Virus record (IMG/VR): IMGVR_UViG_3300009158_000045
Span: 1-64,000 of that record
DNA length: 64,000 nucleotides
Source: a virus
Reading direction: 5' to 3' (one strand)
Positions 37,102 to 47,105 of this stretch are shown here, piece by piece (the stretch's first letter is position 1; every line of letters begins with the position of its first letter). The notes beneath the pieces were generated by a model, which was not told the origin of the DNA, ran no database searches, and saw only the letters and a list, made by a program, of their open reading frames with translations. A program made the translations under genes and the position numbers.

Positions 37102-37443
37102 GTATCAAGTGGAAATCAAAAAAAGACATCAGGGATAGAATTAATTACTCTATATCAAAACTCCCCTGATACAAAATTTATTGACCCAAGGTTTACAAAC
37201 TTAATAGCAAGAAGTGTTCAAGGCGGATTTTCTCAAGTAATAGAAGATGGAGAAGGCGGAAACAATGAGCCAAACGACGTACCCCAATTAGAAGATATAT
37301 CCGAATTTGATAACTACTTGTATATAGATGAAGCAGGAAAAACTAGAGCTGCAATAGTAATAAAAGTTTACAACAGTAGCGGAAAAAATTTAAAAGGAGT
37401 AGACGCAGCAAAATCAATAGTTGCTCAAGAGGGTGGATCATGA
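37099..37443 (+). CDS. hypothetical tail-region protein
   Basis: ORF track and synteny. Confidence 0.55.
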   Translation: MVSSGNQKKTSGIELITLYQNSPDTKFIDPRFTNLIARSVQGGFSQVIEDGEGGNNEPNDVPQLEDISEFDNYLYIDEAGKTRAAIVIKVYNSSGKNLKGVDAAKSIVAQEGGS

Positions 37444-38393
37444 TAAAGGGAACATATGTATTTTACGAAGATGGCAAAGAGATTTGTCGATCTGAAAATG
37501 TTATAACTAAATTTGGTAAAAGGTTTTTAACAAATTACATTGCTGGTAACGTGTCGTTTGATAATAAAAGCATGGCTGTAGGAATAGCAGGAGCCTCAGA
37601 CTACGCAGCATCAGATACAAATAGTAGACTTGGTTTTGAGTTCTATAAATCAATTATCGACATCAGCAGCATAGACATACAGGCCAGCGGAGGTACCTAC
37701 AGCTATGGTGTTGCATATAAAACCACTTTGCCTCAAGACATAGTAGGAATAATAAATGAAATAGGCATATACCCAGGCTCCAGACTCTCAAAGAATAATT
37801 TTGATAGTAAATTCATTACTACATTTGAAAACAACTACGATTGGTTTGATTTAAACAACAACACCCCATCCCTCACATCCGTAGTCCCAGCTCGGATCGG
37901 TTCAAATTTAATGAATATTGATTTTACTGGTATTTCAATAGCAAGTCATGAATATTTAACAACACTAGGCTCGCTAGATTTATCTGGGTACAGCGGAAAC
38001 GATACGCTATCTATTGCTTATTATAGAAGTGATACAAACTTAAGCAACATTAAGGTAAAATTTTATAGCTCAAATACTGATTATTATTACGGCACATTTA
38101 CACCAACATCTGGTACTGGAAATAAAATTCAAGAAATTAACATGTCCAATGTGTTTGCTAATTCTTCTGGATCCCCGATTGCTTCATCTATTTATAAGAT
38201 TGGCGTAGAGGTAAATAGAGCAAGCACTTCTTCAGCATGTGCCGTTTATCTAGATGCATTAAGAATTAATGATGAGGACACATTTGACCCAGCATATGGA
38301 TTAGTTAGCAGATCTACATTAACATCTCCTATAACAAAAGTTGCTGGAAGACAATTAGATATAGAATATCATTTGAGTTTAGGCTGGTCATAA
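37440..38393 (+). CDS. minor tail/baseplate protein
   Basis: ENVITKFGKRF...MAVG...LGFEF...INEIG...LVSRSTL..PITK is a baseplate/collar-type pattern. Confidence 0.6.
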   Translation: MIKGTYVFYEDGKEICRSENVITKFGKRFLTNYIAGNVSFDNKSMAVGIAGASDYAASDTNSRLGFEFYKSIIDISSIDIQASGGTYSYGVAYKTTLPQDIVGIINEIGIYPGSRLSKNNFDSKFITTFENNYDWFDLNNNTPSLTSVVPARIGSNLMNIDFTGISIASHEYLTTLGSLDLSGYSGNDTLSIAYYRSDTNLSNIKVKFYSSNTDYYYGTFTPTSGTGNKIQEINMSNVFANSSGSPIASSIYKIGVEVNRASTSSACAVYLDALRINDEDTFDPAYGLVSRSTLTSPITKVAGRQLDIEYHLSLGWS

Positions 38394-38394
38394 T

Positions 38395-40632
38395 ATGGTT
38401 GCAACACCAGATGACTTAAAGGATGTTAATTCAAGAATTGAAAATACTGATTACTACCTAATAACAGTACCAGACCTAGATCCTCAATCATCAATATTTG
38501 ATGGGATATATCATTTTATATTTAGATGGCAGTGGGAAGATGGCACTTATGGAAAGTGGTCGGTGGCTAAAGATTTTCAAACACAGGCCATAACACTGCC
38601 AGAAGTTGATAGTATTGTAAGCTCTTGGGCAAACACAACATTAAAAATAACATTCAATAGACCAGAATCAATAATTAAAGGCGTTGCAGTAAACCGTGCA
38701 GATAGTTTTAAAATAACACTTACAGATTCTACATATGGCACTTCATATACTTTTACTCAAAATGTTGACAAGAATAATAAATCTCAAACATTTACTCTTA
38801 CAGAAGCAATAGCTAGAGAACATTTTAGAAAAACCGACAATGCTAAATATTTACCATCACAATATACTGGAAAGATACAGGTAGTAAATAAAGATGGAAT
38901 AAGCACTGGAATAGTATTTACGACAGCGGCATCCGCAAGCGGACTCGGATCAGTAACAATACCAGATGGAGCATGGAGCACTGTATCACAACTTGATGGA
39001 TATACTGTTGGCTGGGACTTAAATTATGTTTCACCATTAGGAGTAGCAATGCTTACTCCTGGACAAAAAGAAAATTTTGATTATGCTCAAGTTTATGAGG
39101 CAACAACAGCTACTGGTACATTTGCAGAAATAGTAAGAGGACAAAGTCCACAAATAATTAAGCATGTTGCCGATCTTACTAAAAAATATGTAAAAATTAG
39201 ATTTGTTGGAAAAGATGGAACTACATCTACATTTTCTAATTACAAAGAAGTAAAAGCGGCTGATCCAAGTGGATATGATGCGACTGCCCCATCCAATGCA
39301 AAACCAATAACTGCTGGCACACCATCGGTAGATAGCAATGGTCTATTTGATTTTAACTACAAAGTGCCATTTAGCTGGGTAGCAGAAGAAGATACAACAA
39401 CATTGGGGTATAAACTTCGATGGAGAATAAACGGATCTACAGAGCCCTATCAATACATGTCTGTTCCTGGAAGACTTACAACTACAGCTAACTTATTTGG
39501 AGTTCTTGCTGGACAAATTTATGAAGTTGGCAAAAGCACATATGACGAATATGACAATGTAAACTCTACGTGGCAATCGACTACGGTTACAGTTCCAGCA
39601 TTCTCTGGTTCTATTAAAGATACAAAATATATAAGTGCTGGTGACATGAAGCTTGGATATGGAGTTGGTCCTGGTGGAGAAGCTTTTAACAAAGGGCTAT
39701 ATTTAAGTCCAAACAACTATTGGTATATTTATGGTAATACGGTAACAGATAATACAGCAAGAATAAAAATAGGAAGCTCTACAGATTCTATATACTGGGA
39801 TGGAGCAAAATTAACAGTTAGTGGAGAAATTAATGCCAACTCTGGAAACTTTACTGGATCGGTAAGTGTTGGCGGAATTTCAAAAATAGACAATATAACC
39901 CAAATACCTGGACAATTAAGGGTTGTACAAAAATGGAATGTAACAAATCCAGCTTTACCAACTCCAACAATAGGAATTGAAATTGGAAAATTAAACACTG
40001 CCTACGTTGATGTGCCAGGAGTTGCATTATCAAATGGCATTTATGCATATAACATAGACGGGGGGAAGTATGTCCTCATCAATGCAGCAGATGGTTCAAT
40101 TAGAACAAATAATATAATTGCATCTGGTACATTTTCAACTACTGGTTACGTAGATGGAGGAATAATGGGAACTGCAACGGTAACAACATCTTTAGGTAAT
40201 GGTGTTTTGTCACTTACCTCATCACTTGCAAGTTCATTTATAAACTGGGGCTCAGCAGCAAATTTATCAATATCAGACCCAAAAGCTTCGGTAACTATTA
40301 CTCCAGTAGATCTTGTTTTTAGGCCAGCTGCAGACCTTGGTATCGCAGCAGGAATATTTGCTATTACAGCTTCACCAGGACTTGGACGTGCACTTATTAG
40401 TTGGTCTGGTGGCATCTCAGCGCCAGCAATACAATGGGTAAATTATACATCAACGGAAAGAGGTACACATGCACTAAGAGATGTTGTTGCTGCAAGACCT
40501 TTGGTTATTACTGATCAGGGATATCAATATTTAGGCGCACAACATTATTACGGAGCAGCAAGCAGTGCAACTATGGCTGGGGCATCATTCGGTGTTGACG
40601 GAGACATATATTTTAGTACGAATGTGAGCTAA
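38395..40632 (+). CDS. minor tail protein with FN3-like domains
   Basis: FSWVAEED...GYKLRWR...GVLAGQIYEV, LTVSGEINANSGNF. Beta-rich. Confidence 0.65.
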   Translation: MVATPDDLKDVNSRIENTDYYLITVPDLDPQSSIFDGIYHFIFRWQWEDGTYGKWSVAKDFQTQAITLPEVDSIVSSWANTTLKITFNRPESIIKGVAVNRADSFKITLTDSTYGTSYTFTQNVDKNNKSQTFTLTEAIAREHFRKTDNAKYLPSQYTGKIQVVNKDGISTGIVFTTAASASGLGSVTIPDGAWSTVSQLDGYTVGWDLNYVSPLGVAMLTPGQKENFDYAQVYEATTATGTFAEIVRGQSPQIIKHVADLTKKYVKIRFVGKDGTTSTFSNYKEVKAADPSGYDATAPSNAKPITAGTPSVDSNGLFDFNYKVPFSWVAEEDTTTLGYKLRWRINGSTEPYQYMSVPGRLTTTANLFGVLAGQIYEVGKSTYDEYDNVNSTWQSTTVTVPAFSGSIKDTKYISAGDMKLGYGVGPGGEAFNKGLYLSPNNYWYIYGNTVTDNTARIKIGSSTDSIYWDGAKLTVSGEINANSGNFTGSVSVGGISKIDNITQIPGQLRVVQKWNVTNPALPTPTIGIEIGKLNTAYVDVPGVALSNGIYAYNIDGGKYVLINAADGSIRTNNIIASGTFSTTGYVDGGIMGTATVTTSLGNGVLSLTSSLASSFINWGSAANLSISDPKASVTITPVDLVFRPAADLGIAAGIFAITASPGLGRALISWSGGISAPAIQWVNYTSTERGTHALRDVVAARPLVITDQGYQYLGAQHYYGAASSATMAGASFGVDGDIYFSTNVS

Positions 40633-40634
40633 TT

Positions 40635-43600
40635 GTGTCTATATATAAAAAATCTGGTGCCTGGAATCAAATAAAAAGAATTTATTATAAGTCTGGTAGC
40701 GTTTGGACCGAAATAAATAATGTTTACTATAAGGCATCTGCTGCATGGACTAAAGTTTTTTCTAAAAATAATGCACCAGGAAATACAAGCAAGCCACAAA
40801 TAACTGGGTCATCTTATTTGTTTGGAACACTATCTGGTTCACTTGGCTCATGGACAGCTCCAAGTGGAACAAACTCATACGCAAGGCAATGGAAACGTGC
40901 CACAGACAATAATGGAGTTCCAGGAACATATTCTTCAATTTCTGGAGCTACGTCAGCAACCTATACAACAGTTTCCGCAGATGACAATAAATGGATATCT
41001 ATTTTTATAACTGCTACAAGTAGCGGTACTGGACAGTCCTCAACAGTTGCCGCAGACGCAGTTTTTGTAAATAAGTACGCACCAGTAAATACAAATGCGA
41101 ACAGTAAGCCAATTATTACTGGAGTAACGGAAGTCTTTAATACTTTAACTGCATCATCGACATGGAAAACTCTAACAGATATTGCTGGTGACACCACCCC
41201 AGACACTTATACTTATGTCTGGAAATGGGGAGATACTGGTGCACTTGCAACAAATAATAATAATAGTTCATCCTATACAATTGCTACGGCAGATAAAGGA
41301 CATACAATAAAGGTTGAAATTACTGCAACAAATTCTGGAGGATCAACAACCGTAATATCTGATCCAACTGCCGTAATTACTGGGGCCTTGCCAAAAGCTA
41401 CAATAAACACCGTTATTGTTTCTAGAGATCCAAATAGCTATGTATTCACAATTACCAATAATGGCACATGGACAAACTCTCCCACATCCTATAGATATCA
41501 GTGGTACGTTGAAACAACTGTTGCAATTTATGGATCTTCTTGGTCAATAATTAATGGAGCTACAAGCAGTTCTTTTGATGCATCTTCTTATAAAACACAA
41601 AATGTAATACCAATTGTTTGGGCGTCTAATTCCAATGGAGAAAGTACAAGCGGATACGCAAAACTTGCATATGGAGGAACTGGAGTATTCCCTGGAGGAA
41701 ATGCGCCTCAAGACTCATCAAAGGTTTTATATAAACTTCCAACAATTACAACATTTACTGTTACTGGTGGAGTAAGAGCATTTTATTATATATCTAATTT
41801 TTCTGCTGACGACCCGTCTGCATCTGCAAGAATGACATGGTCTGGTGCATCAACTAATCCATTTGATCAATTATACCCCACCTCATCAGCAGTACAACAA
41901 ATATATACCCCAATGGGAACTGCTGGATTGCATAACTTTACCCTGACAGTTACAAATACTGGAGCAGGTGCAATTGCTGGATCCGCAACCTCTTCAGTTA
42001 ACAATGTAAATATTACAGTGCCAGCAGACTATTCATTTGCTTTTGGTAAAGACTTATATGTATCTACCAATGGTTATGTTGGACTTCTGGATTCTCCAAG
42101 CACAAACTTACAGCAACAATTTGCAGAATATTCTTTACCAAGGCTTGGTAGACTAATTGCACCATACCTGCGTGATTTAAGGCAAGGACTAACAACAGAT
42201 ACAACTGGTTACGGTTATTTAAAATATTGGTCTGATGCATCAAGCTTTGTTGTATATTCTACATCATATAATCTAGGTGGAGAAAATATGTCCGCTACCG
42301 CAATAGACTATCAAATGAAATTTTATACAAATCAATCGTATGTTGATATCAATTACATAAGAGTCGGAGCTTCTATGCCAGCTCCGTCTACAGGCCCAGG
42401 GCTGTACTTAGACGGAGCATATCAAAGATTTGGAGTGGCCCCTTATTCTGGTTATAATGGATTTAGAATTTACTTAGATGGAAGCCTGGGCTCTGTTGGA
42501 CAATATTTTACCTCAATCCCATCAGCAGCTTTCTTAATAGCTGGCGGTGTTACATATGGAACAAATGATGATGGATATACAAGAATAGTTGCTTCCGCTA
42601 ATCAATATGCAAAGCCTCTGGTTTACTTTAGAACACAATCATTTCCTCCATATCAACAAGATATAATTCCTGGTGCAACAACTTATTCTGTTGGAATCAC
42701 AACTGGTGGTAACGACATGGCGTCTTATCAATATGTTTTAAAAAAGACCAGCGATAACAGTTTAAAAGCAAGCGGAACAGAAACCTTAAGCAAATATCTT
42801 GCCTTTACAGCCCTAACTCCTTTAACTCAATATACCCTTACTGTAACCCCATACAATTCGTTATCTCAAGCTGGTGATGATATAGTTTATTCTTTTACTA
42901 CTCAGGGCATATACACCGTCACATTTAATTCTAATGGTGCAACGGGATCTCCTTCATCTGCAAGCGTAACGCAAGCATCAGTTGGTGCATCTGTTACGCT
43001 TGCAACAGTTGGAACAATGACAAAATCAAATAGCATTTTTGCTGGATGGTCTGCAAATGGAAATACTCCAACATTATCAAATACATATACTCCACTTGAA
43101 ACTATAACCTTATATGCAGTTTGGTTGCCGCTATATGCATTTACATTTTCTGCAAATGGAGCAACTGGATCACCCAACATATCTTCTGCAAGACAGACGT
43201 CATCAGGCGGAGCAGTTACACTTGCAACAATTGGAACAATGGCATATACTGGTAAAAAGTTTCTTGGATGGAGTACATCAAGTACTGCAACAACTGCAAC
43301 GTATACTTCTGGTTCTAGTCAAACACCGACATCAGATACTGCTTTATATGCTGTATGGGTAAATTTAACTTTATACAAAGTTAATTTATTTTCAAATGGA
43401 GGTAGTGCGTCAGACACTTCACTTACACAAACAACAGAGGGTGGCTCAGTAACATTGCCATTTCAGGCAGGAACAAATGGTACATTAGCATTTGGTGGAT
43501 GGAATACAAATTCATCTGGAACTGGCACTAACTATGCTGCAAGCGCAAGTTATACACCAACCGCAAATGTCAGCCTATATGCAAAATGGACTGCACCCGC

Positions 43601-44123
43601 TGTTAACTATACTATTACATATAATGCTAATGGAGGTGCTGGTACAACATCGCCTACAACTGGTAATGGTTCTGTAACTTTAAGAGCAAATTCATTTACA
43701 AGAACTAACGCCACATTTGTTTATTGGAGCACTTCGTCAACTGATACTGGAACATCGTATTCTGCTGGAGCACCCTACCCTTTGACTGGAGATGTTATAC
43801 TTTATGCAATCTGGACAGCGAATGCAAACTCCGCAACAGCACCAACCGTTACGTTTGTTGGCAATTCTGGAAATACAAAAAGCTGGTCATGGACTGCGTC
43901 CACAGTAACTGGTGGAACTTTAGTTGGATATGATTATTCGGTTAGCTCGACAAGCGGAACATCTGGATTTGGATCCTTTACATCCGTTGCATCAACCCCA
44001 AGAACTCTCTCACTCACAGTCACAAATGCTGCATCAAATCCAAGGTGGCTAAAAGTCAGAGCAAGATATACGGATGGAATAGGAACAGTTAAAACTGGAC
44101 CAACTAATGCTACTGGAGTATAG
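40635..44123 (+). CDS. tail fibre/adhesin with Ig-like domains and four InlB-B (Listeria-Bacteroides) repeats
   Basis: GTG start. Ig-like 'GSWT...YARQWKR...ISGATSATYT' domains. Four YxxxFxxNG...FxGW...LYAxW repeats in the C-terminal part. Confidence 0.75.
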   Translation: MSIYKKSGAWNQIKRIYYKSGSVWTEINNVYYKASAAWTKVFSKNNAPGNTSKPQITGSSYLFGTLSGSLGSWTAPSGTNSYARQWKRATDNNGVPGTYSSISGATSATYTTVSADDNKWISIFITATSSGTGQSSTVAADAVFVNKYAPVNTNANSKPIITGVTEVFNTLTASSTWKTLTDIAGDTTPDTYTYVWKWGDTGALATNNNNSSSYTIATADKGHTIKVEITATNSGGSTTVISDPTAVITGALPKATINTVIVSRDPNSYVFTITNNGTWTNSPTSYRYQWYVETTVAIYGSSWSIINGATSSSFDASSYKTQNVIPIVWASNSNGESTSGYAKLAYGGTGVFPGGNAPQDSSKVLYKLPTITTFTVTGGVRAFYYISNFSADDPSASARMTWSGASTNPFDQLYPTSSAVQQIYTPMGTAGLHNFTLTVTNTGAGAIAGSATSSVNNVNITVPADYSFAFGKDLYVSTNGYVGLLDSPSTNLQQQFAEYSLPRLGRLIAPYLRDLRQGLTTDTTGYGYLKYWSDASSFVVYSTSYNLGGENMSATAIDYQMKFYTNQSYVDINYIRVGASMPAPSTGPGLYLDGAYQRFGVAPYSGYNGFRIYLDGSLGSVGQYFTSIPSAAFLIAGGVTYGTNDDGYTRIVASANQYAKPLVYFRTQSFPPYQQDIIPGATTYSVGITTGGNDMASYQYVLKKTSDNSLKASGTETLSKYLAFTALTPLTQYTLTVTPYNSLSQAGDDIVYSFTTQGIYTVTFNSNGATGSPSSASVTQASVGASVTLATVGTMTKSNSIFAGWSANGNTPTLSNTYTPLETITLYAVWLPLYAFTFSANGATGSPNISSARQTSSGGAVTLATIGTMAYTGKKFLGWSTSSTATTATYTSGSSQTPTSDTALYAVWVNLTLYKVNLFSNGGSASDTSLTQTTEGGSVTLPFQAGTNGTLAFGGWNTNSSGTGTNYAASASYTPTANVSLYAKWTAPAVNYTITYNANGGAGTTSPTTGNGSVTLRANSFTRTNATFVYWSTSSTDTGTSYSAGAPYPLTGDVILYAIWTANANSATAPTVTFVGNSGNTKSWSWTASTVTGGTLVGYDYSVSSTSGTSGFGSFTSVASTPRTLSLTVTNAASNPRWLKVRARYTDGIGTVKTGPTNATGV

Positions 44124-44168
44124 TATTAATTAAATAAAAATGATAGAATAGTTAGATTGGAGAAAAAC

Positions 44169-44384
44169 ATGTTAAAAAAAGAACAAAAGCTGGATATTAT
44201 TGAAAATAGAATTATAATAATTGAAGGTACTATATATAATCTAGAGCTCGGAATTCAGGAAGAGGAGGCTAAGAGCAGCCCCTCCGAAAGCTATATTCAA
44301 GAATTAAATTTTTTGAAAAGCGAAAATTTGATGTCTCTAGAAGCAATGAATAACCAATTAGACATAGTGTCTGCCGAGCAGTAA
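44169..44384 (+). CDS. small coiled-coil protein
   Basis: ATG 44169 after GGAG (ORF track start is TTG 44157). Similar to the next ORF. Confidence 0.6.
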   Translation: MLKKEQKLDIIENRIIIIEGTIYNLELGIQEEEAKSSPSESYIQELNFLKSENLMSLEAMNNQLDIVSAEQ

Positions 44385-44389
44385 ACAGC

Positions 44390-44419
44390 TTGCCAGATAT
44401 TAGTCACACATGATATAAT
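44390..44419 (+). promoter_or_regulatory. promoter
   Basis: TTGCCA (44390-44395), 18-bp spacer, TATAAT (44414-44419) with TG extension, then AGGAGG SD. Confidence 0.65.
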
Positions 44420-44436
44420 ATAAAAGGAGGAAGACA

Positions 44437-44661
44437 ATGACAATTTTAACAAAGCAGGAAAAGACTGAAATTATATCTGCTCACATTAAGAGCTTAAAGT
44501 ATAATGAGTATAATCTTCAAATGGATCTTTTGCAAGAAAATGCAAAAACTGTTCCTAATACACAGACAGTTACCTCAGTTGAATCTCAGATTCAAGAAAC
44601 AGGGAAACAAATTACAGCACTAAATGCAGAATTAACTGCAGTTGCTGCATTAACAGAATAG
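44437..44661 (+). CDS. small coiled-coil protein
   Basis: Strong SD. LTKQEKTEII...YNLQ...ENAK. Confidence 0.7.
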   Translation: MTILTKQEKTEIISAHIKSLKYNEYNLQMDLLQENAKTVPNTQTVTSVESQIQETGKQITALNAELTAVAALTE

Positions 44662-44669
44662 AGATTAAA

Positions 44670-44858
44670 TTGGCAGAAAAAGCAGATTTAGTAATTACTG
44701 CTTTGCAGCAAAGAATTGGCGAATTGGTTTCAAGTTATGAAATTCAAAATGCTATTCTTAGGGCAGAAATTACACAGCTTATGGATGAAGCTGCGGAAAA
44801 AGAAAAGATAAAAGATAATTATGTTGAAGAAGTTCAAAATATAATTAAAGGCAATTAG
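44670..44858 (+). CDS. small coiled-coil protein
   Basis: TTG start. ALQQRIGELVSSYE..AILRAEITQL. Confidence 0.6.
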   Translation: MAEKADLVITALQQRIGELVSSYEIQNAILRAEITQLMDEAAEKEKIKDNYVEEVQNIIKGN

Positions 44859-44866
44859 GAGTAAAA

Positions 44867-45301
44867 ATGGCAGATGCAACGGTACCAGTACCAAATTTAA
44901 ATTTTAGTGATGGCGACCCACTCACAAGTGAAAAGTTGTCTTTGCTGTATCAATTTATTGTTGATACAAATAAAAAAATTCCTTTAACAAGCGCATCAAC
45001 TGATGGGACTAAGCCATCAAAATTTGCTATGGTTTACGGTGACAGCACACAGATATTGGCATTGGCTCCATCTGGAGATACCTCTAAGAGCGTACGTATT
45101 GATTTCTCAGCAGCACGTTTTCCTGGAGCACCAAACATTGTAGTTACACCAAGATATACAAGCACAAAAGCAATTTCATTATTTTATCACGTTGATCAGA
45201 TAAATGAAAACAACGCAAGAATTTCTTATTATCAAGAAAGTAAATCCACTGGCTCAGTTCACTTTGAATGGGTTGCAGTGTACATGGCTACTACAGCCTA
45301 G
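44867..45301 (+). CDS. minor virion protein, H-type-lectin-like C-terminus (tentative)
   Basis: GDPLTSEKL N-terminus, IDFSAARFPGAPNIVVT...FEWVAV. Confidence 0.45.
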   Translation: MADATVPVPNLNFSDGDPLTSEKLSLLYQFIVDTNKKIPLTSASTDGTKPSKFAMVYGDSTQILALAPSGDTSKSVRIDFSAARFPGAPNIVVTPRYTSTKAISLFYHVDQINENNARISYYQESKSTGSVHFEWVAVYMATTA

Positions 45302-45340
45302 TTGACACAACAAAACAATATGTTACAATTACTGTAACAT
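45302..45340 (+). promoter_or_regulatory. consensus promoter with overlapping palindromic operator
   Basis: TTGACA (45302-45307), 16-bp spacer, TACAAT (45324-45329) with TG extension. ATGTTACA-N5-TGTAACAT at 45320-45340. Confidence 0.65.
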
Positions 45341-45341
45341 C

Positions 45342-45366
45342 AAAGTCACGTACCCGTGGCTTTTTT
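45342..45366 (+). terminator. intrinsic terminator-like hairpin
   Basis: AAAGTCACG-TACC-CGTGGC followed by TTTTTT. Confidence 0.7.
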
Positions 45367-45382
45367 CGTATTAAGGCTAACT

Positions 45383-46183
45383 ATGAGCAATGATTTAAAA
45401 TGGATGCTTTCGTCCGACCAGCAATTCCCATATCAAGATGATAAAATGATTGCGCTTTGGTTTAAGGTAATGAAATGGTTTAAGCCAGATGTTGTTGATT
45501 ATCTTGGAGATACAGATGATCAAGCATGCTATAGCAAATATACTGAAGGTAGATCAGCCGAATTCATGCAGCTTCATAAAAATGATAGTCGTGATCTTAT
45601 TGTTCCTATGATGCGACATGAGGCAAAAGGAGCTAGAGATTTTTATGCCAAGACTAGAGAGATGCTTCCAAACGCACAGCTATTCTCTGCATTAGGAAAT
45701 CACGATATACGTATCTTTAATTACGTAGACGCAAAGTTACCAGACTACATTAATGAAGTTACACCAGAAGCCCTTTGGTCGTTAGACTCTCTTGGATATG
45801 AATATATTTATTACGATGAGCTACCCAAGAGACGATTTGGAGATATTCACGTTCACCATGGTCTTTCGATTGCAGCAACAGGGTCTGCAAGAAAAGATAT
45901 GGAAGACATGCAAGTTTCTTTAATTCGTGGTCACTCACATAGAATTGCTTCACATATGGTAACATATGAGCTTAGAAATAACGGAGAAGGAGAAACTCTT
46001 CGTGGATATGAAATCGGACATATGTGTGATGAAAAAGGCCCAGGAATGAAGTATACTCAACATCATGATTGGCAAAAGGGATTTGCTGTTGCACATATTG
46101 TAAATGACTACCCTCATATTCAAATGATTCACGTATCGCCAGACTACTCTTGTGTAGTCGACGGGAAAGTATTTACATTATAA
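45383..46183 (+). CDS. calcineurin-like metallophosphoesterase
   Basis: SDQQ, LGDTDD, GNHD, HHG and GHSH motifs. Start placed at ATG 45383. Confidence 0.85.
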   Translation: MSNDLKWMLSSDQQFPYQDDKMIALWFKVMKWFKPDVVDYLGDTDDQACYSKYTEGRSAEFMQLHKNDSRDLIVPMMRHEAKGARDFYAKTREMLPNAQLFSALGNHDIRIFNYVDAKLPDYINEVTPEALWSLDSLGYEYIYYDELPKRRFGDIHVHHGLSIAATGSARKDMEDMQVSLIRGHSHRIASHMVTYELRNNGEGETLRGYEIGHMCDEKGPGMKYTQHHDWQKGFAVAHIVNDYPHIQMIHVSPDYSCVVDGKVFTL

Positions 46184-46368
46184 TGTGGTGTCAAAGATGT
46201 AATGGACGAGTTTTTATTGATAGAGTTTTTTCTCAAAAACTACATATGGAATTGTTTTGCATTATGTGTGGAAAACGATGGATGATTAATAAAGAAACGA
46301 ATGCGTTGGCAAAATGGCTAGACAAAAGAGAAACCATGTACGCAAAGCTTTTCTCTATTTCTTCTTAA
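46183..46368 (+). CDS. zinc-ribbon protein
   Basis: MWCQRCNG...FCIMCGKRW. TAATG coupling at 46183. Confidence 0.7.
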   Translation: MWCQRCNGRVFIDRVFSQKLHMELFCIMCGKRWMINKETNALAKWLDKRETMYAKLFSISS

Positions 46369-46799
46369 ATAATAAAATACATAAAGTTTTAAGATCATCT
46401 CGTGCAAAAGATGAACTTGTTGCTTGGGTATATGAAGATAAGAAAAGAGTTATGTACTCTTACTCCCAGGTTGAAAAGAATATGGAATCTGCGTATACAA
46501 TGACGCAAGTTGCATCAATTTTAAATAAGCATAGGGTGACAATACATGATTATATTTTAGAGGGTAAAGTAAAAACTCCTCAAAAAATATACTCAATAGG
46601 TAATGGCAATGATTCAAAGTGGTCAAAATATATGTTTAACCAGTCTGACATACTTGGTATACATGAATATATACTAGACTCTGGCCATTCTTCAGAACTT
46701 CCATCTAAAGCAGAAATTCTAGCTCTTCTCAAAACAAACTTAATATTGTATACTAAAACAGCAGAAGGAAAATTTGTACCTGTATGGAAGGCGGAGTAA
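46314..46799 (+). CDS. HTH DNA-binding protein (MerR/excisionase-like)
   Basis: AYTMTQVASILNKHRVTIHDYILEGKVKTP. Confidence 0.7.
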   Translation: MARQKRNHVRKAFLYFFLNNKIHKVLRSSRAKDELVAWVYEDKKRVMYSYSQVEKNMESAYTMTQVASILNKHRVTIHDYILEGKVKTPQKIYSIGNGNDSKWSKYMFNQSDILGIHEYILDSGHSSELPSKAEILALLKTNLILYTKTAEGKFVPVWKAE

Positions 46800-46918
46800 T
46801 GTCCAGGACTATTCAATGTTCTATATGTAATAAAGAATGGGAATTGCGTTGGGGAGTTTTTGCACATGATAGTTTATCTAGACACATGAGGGAGCATAAA
46901 AATGACAACAAGAGTTAA
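46799..46918 (+). CDS. 39-aa C2H2 zinc-finger micro-protein (not in ORF track)
   Basis: MSRTIQCSICNKEWELRWGVFAHDSLSRHMREHKNDNKS. Coupled by TAATG with GGAG upstream. Confidence 0.7.
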   Translation: MSRTIQCSICNKEWELRWGVFAHDSLSRHMREHKNDNKS

Positions 46919-47105
46919 AGTAGATTTATCGTTTACTAGAAATCTTGGTAACTATGAAAGCATTAAAATTGGTGTTGGAATAGAAGATGATGTAAGGCAG
47001 GGAGAGACAGTCGATGCTGCAACAGAAAGAGTTTATGCTTTTGTTGAAAGTAAATTAATTCAAAAAACAGAAGAAGTAGAAGAAGAGCTCAAGAGTGGCA
47101 AATAG
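46902..47105 (+). CDS. conserved hypothetical phage protein
   Basis: TRNLGNYESIKI motif. Confidence 0.65.
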   Translation: MTTRVKVDLSFTRNLGNYESIKIGVGIEDDVRQGETVDAATERVYAFVESKLIQKTEEVEEELKSGK

